Origin: Amoeboaphelidium protococcarum X5
Lineage: Eukaryota; Fungi; Aphelidiomycota
Length of the DNA stretch: 64,000 bases
Assembly: GCA_023515725.1 (NCBI GenBank)
Contig: JALDTO010000208.1
Coordinates: 714,533 to 778,532 of the forward strand
Direction: 5' to 3'
Part shown: positions 55,206 to 64,000 of the stretch, piece by piece
How the letters are laid out: the number at the start of each line of letters is the position of its first letter
How positions within the stretch are numbered: the stretch's first letter is position 1
Position numbers and translations under genes: made by a program
Notes under the pieces: generated by a model
Database searches by the model: none
The model's input: the letters and a program-made list of their open reading frames with translations, nothing else
What the model was told of the DNA's origin: nothing

Positions 55206-55325
55206 TGTTAAAAACGTAATAAGTAGAAAATAAATAATAACCAATTATTGTTATTTCTACTTCACTTGAAGAAGTAGTTTGATCATTTTTCACTGACGTT
55301 GTACGTGTTTCGTCACAACCTAACA
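55206..55325 (-). repeat. 5' LTR (120 bp)
   Basis: Identical to 49981-50100; TG...CA ends. Confidence 0.96.
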
Positions 55326-56829
55326 TGTAAAGTATTTCAACAATGAACAGTATGAAGTGGATCGATATGACCGGTAGTTGTAAAAATACGAGCAAGCCTC
55401 ACTGAAGACTGCCACTTCTCTTGCTCTACTTAACGTTGGTCAGAATGCGATATTTAGTGTCACGTTAACTGCCATGATGTGGATGGCCAGTCAGTAGTTG
55501 ATTGAAGGCTCTCTGACTGTGGGAGATTTAGTAATGATAAACGGCTTGGTGTTCCAATTGAGTATGCCCTTGAACTTTTTGGGAACTGTATATAGGGAGT
55601 TAAAGTAGAGCTTGATTGATATGAACTCACTCTTCTCACTGTAGAAGCAGGTTCCATAAATACACGACAAATAGGATGCTATTGCTATATCAGCTCAATA
55701 GTTATTGCTGTAAGGCGCTAAATCAGATACCGCTCTGATTGAATTTGACAATGTTCACTTTAGTTATTCAAGTGATCGGCCCATGGTACGAGGATTATCG
55801 TTCCAGTTACATCAAGGCTAGAGCCTGGGAGTAGTTGGGCGAAGTGGATGTGGTAAAAGTACACTGTTGCGATTGCTTTTCCGCTTTTATGATCCATCCT
55901 AGGGATAGATTAGATTGAGTGGACGGCCTTTACCTGATTATTAACTACAATCGCTAAGGAATCTAATGACCGTAGTGCCTCAAGATACTGTTCTATTCAA
56001 TGATACCATCTACCACAACATATCGTACGGCAAGTTGAACGCGACCAAAGACGAGGTGATAGAAGCTGCGCGTCAAGTGTAATTGGATGAAATTGTGGCC
56101 AAATTCCCTCAGTAGTATCAGACGCAGGTAGGCGAGCGGGGACTTAAACTGAGTGGTGGTGAGAAGTAGCGCGTCGCTCTAGCCAGATTTGTCCTCAAAG
56201 ACGCTCCCATTTGCCTGTTAGATGAACCAACTTCTTCTTTGGATGTCAGGACAGAGTAGTTGATCATGGAGAAGTTGACGGGTAATCTTCGCCGCTCTCA
56301 AGGCAAGTGTTCGATTCTGATTGCTCACCGTCTCAGCACAATCATGAACTGCGATAAGATTATAGTGATGGGCACAGATGATCGACAAGGATAAATTATT
56401 GAGCAGGGAAGTCATCAACAGTTACTGTCCCAAAATGGTACATATGCTGACATGTGGCGGATGCAACAGCACGAATTCAGTGAAGTTCTCCCCAAAGCCA
56501 TCAATAAATGATTCATTTCACTTCAAGTTGGTAGCTCTTATGTTTAAGATTTTTCAATTTTAAGATTTATACCTGGATTTTATACTCAAATATTTCTGAT
56601 TTAGTCAAGAGGAGCGCGCTGTGTTCTTGACACGAACTCTGTAGAAGTGAGCCTCTCTCTCTCTCTCTCTCTTCATCATTCGCCTTAGAGGAAGGAAGCG
56701 TCGCGCTCTTTCTTTTTCCCTCTACTGTCCTTGCCTTAAACCACGGTCTTTGCTATCACTTTAATTCAATTATATCCTATCTATAACATATTGCTGAATA
56801 TTACTGTGTATCTAAGTAGCATTTGAAGA

Positions 56830-58548
56830 ATGTTTTGTGTTGGTGATAAAGATAGATTATATTATCCATAATCTGATGGTCAAGTTGCTTGTAAACAGTT
56901 GGATTTGACTGTGGATTATAGTGAATTCAATGCTAAATTAGTATCTGATGAGTATAGAATTGTTAATTTCCCCTCTTGTACTGTTGTGTGGAATGATCAA
57001 GGACTGCTTATGTACTGGAATGTCAATATGATCAATGCGCATAAGTGTAAACGGTTAAATGTCAACGGAGTGGTTATTGTTGTTGAACGCGATGGATAAT
57101 TGTTTGCTCTATCCTAGGATGGAATTATAACTCTAATAAATTGCGATTCAGGTCAAGTTATAGGGGAAATGCGTATGGAGTAAAAGAATGTAATTAGCTG
57201 CTTGGACTATGACTTTATTCAGAACTGTGGTAGCTCTAATAGCGTTCTAGTTGCATCTTGTGATGGTTTGGTCTTTTATGCTAATTTTGATGACAGGTCG
57301 GTGGAAAGAGTTTGTATTATACCCGATGATATTGTTGGTGATATTCAGACCTTTAATACTTTATTAATATGTGACGAATCATTTGGGGATATGGTCATTG
57401 TACTGATGGGACAGTCTGATGGTCGACTTCACGTTGGCTTGTGGGATGCCGGTTCTATCAGCATTATAATAATCGCTTCTGTGCATTTACCAGTGCAGTC
57501 GCAGTATAGAATCGTCAGCGTTACAGAAGATTCAATATTCATTATTAGCACAGAAGGTCTCTATCAGCTGTCTGTAGATGTGTAGTCTCTAAAGTAGTGG
57601 CTTTAACGAATTCAATCCGACTCCAATCTTGATGTTGACTTTGATATTATCAAGGACATCACGTATGTTATGGATTGCTCTATTAGTAATGTTGAGGCAT
57701 GTTAAGTAGTCAAAGATGATCTTGGATTATTTCATATGATTTATTAATAATCAGGCAATTAAGATGGTGGTCAGAGTTAACTGATTCAAGTCAGGCTTCC
57801 TCTACAGACTAATTCTAGTAGTCAGGATTAGTCTGTGTAGTAGAAAGTTAAATCTATTTCATAATAATCAAGCGCAACATCTACAATTGATCACAAGCTG
57901 CTGGACTAATTAAAGCTTACATCTGCTGTGTAGACAAAGCTGAAATAAGATACTTAATTCCCGGACCATGTCACAGTGTAAATCCATGATGAGTTTGTCA
58001 GTAGTAGCAACAAAGTTCTTGATGATATTGAACTGTTGTAGAGAGGATGCTAGTACATGAGCGAGTAGTCTGATGATATGCGACATTTGATGGAATAGTC
58101 TGAAGCTAAATTGCTACAATTGAAGACTTTGTCGATGAGTGAAATTGATCAGAGTGCAGTGTAGAGGTTTTAATTTCTTGTGGAGAACTAGAAGCGTCTG
58201 AACAAGAGATCAGGTGTTATGTTGTCATTGTTGAAAGAACTCTTCCCGTAAAATTATTTATCGCGTCAAGAGATGGAATGGATTAGGAATGTGTATGCTC
58301 TCCAACCTGTGGTTAAGAATCTACAGAGACAGATGGATAGGATTTAATCTGCTATCAATGCCTTTTCCGTAAATGTTAATAAAGATAGCAATAGATAGGC
58401 GGAGAGTCACCATAGCACTAATAATCATGCGGGATTATCTTAATCTGTGTCATTGTTATTCCGCGAAGATAATTCCATTGATCAGATGAAGACTACTGTT
58501 ATGGAACTCTCACGCAAAGTTCAGGCTTTATCTGTGATGAGTAAATGA
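56830..58548 (+). CDS. Beta-rich N-terminus plus C-terminal coiled-coil protein, possibly nucleoporin Nup82/Nup88-like
   Basis: 572-aa frame containing track ORFs 56899 and 57202; LLSRQEMEWIRNV resembles the Nup82 coiled-coil motif. Confidence 0.6.
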
Positions 58549-58844
58549 AATTGAATTATTCAACCTATAAAAATGAGGCGCTCTTGTGTTTATTTTATCT
58601 AATAATACAGTGTATGGCAGCAAGTTTTATAATGCACTCAGTTACATTATAATGATCTACTTGAATGTTATAATGATGACAGTGTGACGAACAGAAGGCT
58701 TTTCTCAATCTCTGACCGTCGCTCGTCTCTTCAATTTAAGCGCACGCGTTCAAGTTCTTTTTGTATTGTAGCTATCAGTGTTTTCAAGGCTCTATAAATT
58801 TGCTCAAGTCATAGTTCTGATTATTAAAATATAAAGTAACAGAA

Positions 58845-60699
58845 ATGCAGCAAGCTTAGCCCGTTATTGTCATTAGTAAGTACTTAATTCCAGTTGAAGT
58901 ATTAATATTATGACGCGAGCGATCTCAATATGTGTGTAGACTAGAATACTGAGCGCGAACACGGTCACAAAGCTCAACTATCTAATATTAGTGCTGCCAA
59001 GGTGAGTCTCATTGCGGACATTGTCAGTAGAATGTTTTATTATTATGAACAGTTTGTAGGCAGTCGCTGATGTTATCCGTACTTCGCTGGGTCCACGCGC
59101 CATGTTGAAGATGCTGTTGGATCCAATGGGCGGCATCGTGTTGACCAATGATGGAAACGCCATCCTGAGGGAGATTGAAGTGCAACACCCAGCTGCCAAG
59201 TCCATGATTGAACTCAGCCGTACGCAGGATGAAGAAGTTGGAGATGGTACCACTTCAGTCATCATTCTTGGTAAGTATAAACCGGCTTGTTACTGATGTC
59301 TTGACCATTGTGTTTGTTTAACTTTATCTATTTAATCCGTGTAGCTGGTGAAGTGTTGGTCAGTGCTCTTCCACATTTGGAGAGGAAAATCCATCCTATA
59401 GTCATTATTGGTGCCTTTAATCGTGCGCTCTAAGACTTGCGCGCAGTGTTGGATGAAATCTCTATTCCCATTGATGTCAAGAATCAAGATCAACTACTTC
59501 AGCTGGTAAAGACTACTATTGGTACAAAGTTTGTCAGTCGCTGGAGTGATTTGATGTGCAAACTGGCGCTGGATGCTGTCAAATGTGTCTCTGTCGATGT
59601 CACTGCCACGAAGAAGGAGATTGACATTAAGAGATATGCTCGTGTGGAGAAGGTGCCCGGCGGAGAGATCGAACAGTCTTGCGTGCTGGATGGTGTTATG
59701 CTGAACAAGGATGTCACCCATCCAAAGATGCGCCGGTACATTGAGAATCCTCGCATCATCCTACTTGATTGCCCGCTCGAGTACAAGAAGGGTGAGAGTT
59801 AGACTAATTTGGAGGTGAGTAAGGAGGAGCACTGGAACCGCATACTGGAGATTGAAGAGGAGCAGATTAAGGAGATGTGTGACAAGATTATTGCTCTCAA
59901 GCCAGATTTGGTGTTCACTGAGAAGGGCGTATCTGATCTGGCACAGCATTACCTGGTCAAGGCCAACATTACCGCAATCCGCCGTGTACGCAAGACTGAC
60001 AATAACAGAATTGCGCGGGCTGTTGGTGCCACCATTGTTAACCGTGTCGATGATTTGAAAGAATCCGATGTTGGTACATAATGCGGTCTCTTCAAGATTG
60101 AGAAGATTGGCGATGAGTATTTCACCTTCCTGGTCCAGTGTAAGAATCCAAAGGCTTGTACCGTTCTGCTGCGTGGTGCCAGCAAAGACATTCTAAACGA
60201 AGTGGAGAGAAATCTGATGGATGCCATGTGTGTTGCGCGCAATATCTTCTTTAATCCTCGTCTGTGTCCTGGTGCGGGTGCGACTGAGATGGCTATTGCT
60301 ACTCGCTTGTCAGAAAAGGCCAAATCTATGGTGGAAGGTGTTGAGCAGTGGCCATACCGTTCTGTTGCTGAGGCATTCGAAGTGATTCCGCGCACCTTAG
60401 TCCAGAATTGTGGTGGTAATAGCGTCAGAGTTCTGGCCGCGCTGAGAGCCAAGCACATGGCTGGTGCACACTCCTGGGGGATCAATGGAGAGCAGGGTGT
60501 CATTGCAGATATGAAGGAGTATGGTGTATGGGAGCCGTACTCTGTCAAGGTGTAGACTTTCAAGACTGCTATAGAGTCAGCTTGTATGCTGCTCCGTGTT
60601 GATGACATTGTATCTGGTATTAGTAAGAATAAGAAGGAGCAGTCCTCAGGTCAACCATCTGGTCCAGCAATGGATGCAGATGATCTGGAAGGTCGTTGA
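58845..60699 (+). CDS. CCT3: T-complex protein 1 subunit gamma (exons 58845-58875, 58940-59001, 59060-59270, 59346-60699)
   Basis: Motifs [49 protein letters not shown] and LEYKKGES(TAG=Q)TN; three GT-AG introns. Confidence 0.97.
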
Positions 60700-60821
60700 A
60701 GTTACTATTGATAACTGCGTAAACTCTGTGACTAATGAAAGTAAGTTTAATATAACACACGCATCTTTCAATTGAATCATATATACTACAGCAATTATTT
60801 ACTTGCTTGAATATCTGATCA

Positions 60822-61808
60822 TCATCCAGTCCACTAAACATGAAAATCATCAATAGTGGAATAGAGGTGACCATCTTGAACCATAGTCTCAATTTCACGA
60901 TTGATATCCACACCTTGCACATTCTGCCGAGTGAGTAGAGCAGCAATCTGATTAATGTGGACACCTTTGTCTCCAGCTGACGTTTAACCACGAACAATTT
61001 CAATAATCTTGCGCTAGATAGGAGTCAATCCGTCATTGAAACTGCCACCACCACTTTGATTATTATTGTTGTTGCTGTAAGTAGAATTCTAGTTCACTGA
61101 TGATTACTATTACTATTAAGGAGCGGAATAAGGATTGCCAGCAGCACTAGCATTGTTGAACTACAATGGCTACTAACCTCCAATACCACCCATAGGTTGA
61201 CCGCGAGTTATCTTAAGATGAGTTGCAATAGCCTCAAGATAATGAAAAGTGATCTAATTATGATCAACTATAGGCTGAACTTTCATAGCATTCACAAGAC
61301 GCTTACCATTCACCATTCGGACACTGCCCATCACATAGACGTACGTGTTCTCAGGCAGAATCTCTCTCACACCAAGCAATGCTTCATTAGCCTTATTGTC
61401 ATACAGACGAACTTCAGCCGAACCAGTTCCATCCTCAATCGTGTACTAAATGCTAGCAGTGGCTTCCTGGGCCTTTCTCACACAGCCTACCAGGGACACC
61501 ACGCTCAACTCACGACCGTCCAATTCCAGCGGAGACTCTGGATTAGCACTGTACGCCGTGTCCATAATTTACAGAATAGTGACCGGTCTCAGTGACTGCT
61601 GTGCCCTCTTTTGCCCAGCATTGGCCTACACCGAGGGAGAGTCATAGTTGTTGCCTTGACTCAAAAATCCGCCGTTCCCTCCCTGGTAGTTGTTACTGGG
61701 AGAGGCAAATTGATTCATATTATTATTACCGAACGCTACACAATGCTAAAGGTAAATATCAAGTCTTAAAAGTCTACATAACTTTATAAACTTACGTCCA
61801 GTAGTCAT
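60822..61808 (-). CDS. RPA2: Replication protein A 32-kDa subunit (short first exon, intron ~61736-61795)
   Basis: SLRPVTILQI, OB-fold YTIEDGTGS, FHYLEAI, and winged-helix end DGHLYSTIDDFH. Confidence 0.88.
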
Positions 61809-62173
61809 TTTTATACGCTTGTGAGCAGTAATTAGTTGGTTAATATAACTGCTTCAAAACACCAAGTAGGCAATCTAATAACCAGGAGAAGTTTATCACG
61901 GAAACAAAACGCGCGCGCGGTGAAACGAATATGAGAGAGAAGAGAAGAAACGTTAACAACTTGTCGCCCTCTTACCGACTCTTGCTGTACTACACTCCAA
62001 GCAGCTAAAGGGAACGCTCTGGGTGATGAATTTTCGCTGAAACGGTTGAGACTGAACATAAGCCCTGAGTAAATCTATCTCTTCCAAGATCCGCGTTAAA
62101 CCACATGATTAAAAAATAAATAATGCACAAGAGTGTCGGCTTAATGTTCTATATATAGATTAAACAATCCCAT

Positions 62174-62807
62174 TCACATTCTATATCCAACGGCCCAGCG
62201 AAGATGAGCAAATGCACGGTTATTCAAAGCCTCCCGGTGCATTTCCACCTTGCGTTACAGCAGTGGACTTTTCCCCTCCAGAATCGCCAATATCTCTGAG
62301 CATATCCTCTCCTCCAATGGAATAAATGGTCGTTTCTTCTTACTCAGAGACTTTTTTAGCCATCTACACTAGATAATAATACGTAAAGGACATTAGCCTT
62401 ATTGTGTTAAACATGATGATGATCGGAGCTATCTCAATTTAAACAAAGACTTACCGGAACGCGTAAGACTGACTACGATACTCAGTGATGGGGAGAGGTA
62501 CTCGAACTAATTTAGCACCGCGTTTATAAGATCCACATTCCACCACGGGAGAGAGCATTTCAATAGCTTTCTCAAACAATTTCACAGGATCATTATTGGT
62601 CTTGCTGCGTAATAATTGAAGAGAGTCAGCGACGCTCCTCTCCACCAGCGATCTCTTATCACCCGTCTTTGTCAGTGTGGCCGCGAATCTACTGACCAGC
62701 GTGTGTGGATGCGACGCGTGTCTATGCACCATTGAAGGCACCTTATGAATAATAGAGCCAGATTCCTACTACGTACTCAACAATCTTTTACTGATCCAAA
62801 ATATCAT
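62174..62807 (-). CDS. RSM7: Mitochondrial ribosomal protein S7 (exons 62807-62455, 62363-62174)
   Basis: KAIEMLSPVVE...VPLP...AFR|W and C-terminal NRAFAHLRW; GTAAGT...TGTAG intron. Confidence 0.85.
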
Positions 62808-62977
62808 CACGTCTTTGTAATAATTATCCACCAAGTATTTTGTAGTAAAGAGAAAAGATGGCGCACAGATGTAAAAAAGCTGATATAGTAAATAGCGATT
62901 AAAGAGTGTAGAATGATAAATATCAATAAAGAATATCATAAAATATAAAGAGATGATTTCATGTATTATTAGAGAAA

Positions 62978-63310
62978 TCACTTCTTAATCTTTTGTGCCT
63001 TGAGAACCTTCTTCACAATCTTCTGTTCCTCAATCAAGAAAGCACGCAGAATTCTCTACTTCACACAGTCTGCACATCTGGAACCGCCATATGCACGAGT
63101 AACATTCTTTTGACGCTTGGAGATCTAGCTGTACTCTCTTGGGCGAAGTGCTGGAATACCGGAAAGTTTGCATCCACAATCTCCACACTTGACACCGCTT
63201 GATCTCTTCTTCACATACTGCACAGTCAGAGTGCCACCAGGAGTCTTCAGCTGGCGAATTTTATTAGACTCAGTGTTATAAGACAATCTACGTTTATATG
63301 TGACGCGCAT
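62978..63310 (-). CDS. RPL34: 60S ribosomal protein L34
   Basis: MRVTYKRRLSYNT...KTPGG...KCGDC...LIEEQKIVKKVLK; reads through a TAG at 63125-63127 to TGA; 110 aa. Confidence 0.97.
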
Positions 63311-63624
63311 ATTTATATTTTTTGAATTTATTCTTATTCTTATATTATACTAACTAAGAAATTACTGTCTAATCACTGGCGATTCCGAGAGCGATTTGAC
63401 TGTGCAAAGAATTGTTCAACTTTTGATTAAGGTTAGGTTGAAGAGACTGCGAGTCGCTGTGAGGAAACGACACACCGCGGAAGAGCGAGAACGATTACAA
63501 AATAGGAGAAAAACACGCTTACAACTACAGTAAAGAACTACAGCACATAGAACCTAAAGATAGATAGTTGGACATAATTTTTCAGTAAGAGATATAGTGT
63601 ATTTTAGAGACACTTTGATACAAT

Positions 63625-64000
63625 TCACTTTTTGGCAGGTTCATCCTTTTTATCTGAAGCATTGCTTGCAGCAGGGATCTACGGTTTCCCTAGTCCAGTC
63701 TGCTCCCACGGCGACTGATAATCAAAGTAACGGAACGCCTGAGCCAGTTCAAGCTTCTCAGTGATGACGCGCTTCTTCTCTTCATCCCATCTGACTTCAG
63801 TGTATCCAGTCAGGGGAAAGTCTTTGCGCAGCGGGTATCCTTCAAAGCCGTAATCAGTCAGTATTCTTCTCAAATCCGGATGGCCTTCGAAGAAGATGCC
63901 GTACATGTCATACACCTCTCTCTCGTGCCAATTGTTACCAGGATATACTTCACACGAGCTGGGGATCACGAGCGTGGAGTTCTCATCAGTATAAGTCTTC
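63625..64000 (-). CDS. NDUFS3: NADH:ubiquinone oxidoreductase 30-kDa subunit (5' end outside window)
   Basis: [37 protein letters not shown]; TGA at 63625-63627. Confidence 0.95.

Larger units (their letters stand above)
49981..55325 (-). mobile_element. Full-length Ty1/copia LTR retrotransposon (5345 bp)
   Basis: Two identical 120-bp LTRs (TGTTA...TAACA); 5-bp TSD TGTAA at 49976-49980 and 55326-55330; domain order gag-PR-IN-RT-RH. Confidence 0.97.
49146..56511 (+). pseudogene. ATM1: Mitochondrial ABC transporter ATM1/ABCB7 interrupted by an LTR retrotransposon (49146-49980 + 55331-56511)
   Basis: Removing the element and one TSD copy gives NFEAVKYFNNE and an intact 671-aa ORF with Walker A GRSGCGKST, signature LSGGEK(TAG=Q)R and DEPTSSLD. 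Confidence 0.9.

Noticed and set aside
59949-60608. Long antisense ORFs (also 17147-17548, 18952-19359, 48302-48709, 5204-5725)
   Set aside because: They are shadows or alternative frames of real genes and have no motifs.

Overview
Gene-dense, intron-poor eukaryotic nuclear DNA, fungus-like, that uses a non-standard genetic code: TAA and TAG read as Gln and TGA is the only stop (NCBI table 6). The supplied ORF track is therefore fragmented. Fungal-type genes (Arp9-like, Swi1-like, Gpc1, Psr1-type phosphatase) combined with this code point to an aphelid such as Amoeboaphelidium protococcarum (inference). Re-read by hand with TAR=Gln, the window holds about 28 protein genes. These include a TDP2-like EEP, a hybrid histidine kinase, GPC1, PSD1, TRM2, PSR1, pyruvate kinase, HBS1/SKI7, FKBP12, MPS1, an ARP9-like protein, a METTL25-like protein, TMEM135, a GH47 mannosidase, RPP30, ATM/TEL1, a Swi1-like protein, kexin, ATM1, a NUP82-like protein, CCT3, RPA2, mito-S7, RPL34, NDUFS3 and two orphan secreted proteins. 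A 5345-bp intact Ty1/copia LTR retrotransposon (identical 120-bp LTRs, TGTAA target-site duplication, one gag-pol ORF in the host code) interrupts ATM1. The most striking observations are: (1) this copia element has no tRNA primer-binding site but an 11-12 nt PBS complementary to its own LTR, suggesting Tf1-like self-priming; (2) the Swi1/ARID1-like protein carries an N-terminal coactosin-type ADF-H domain and no visible ARID; (3) splice-like signals at the element ends could restore ATM1 in frame. All coordinates and translations were derived manually and no database searches were run.
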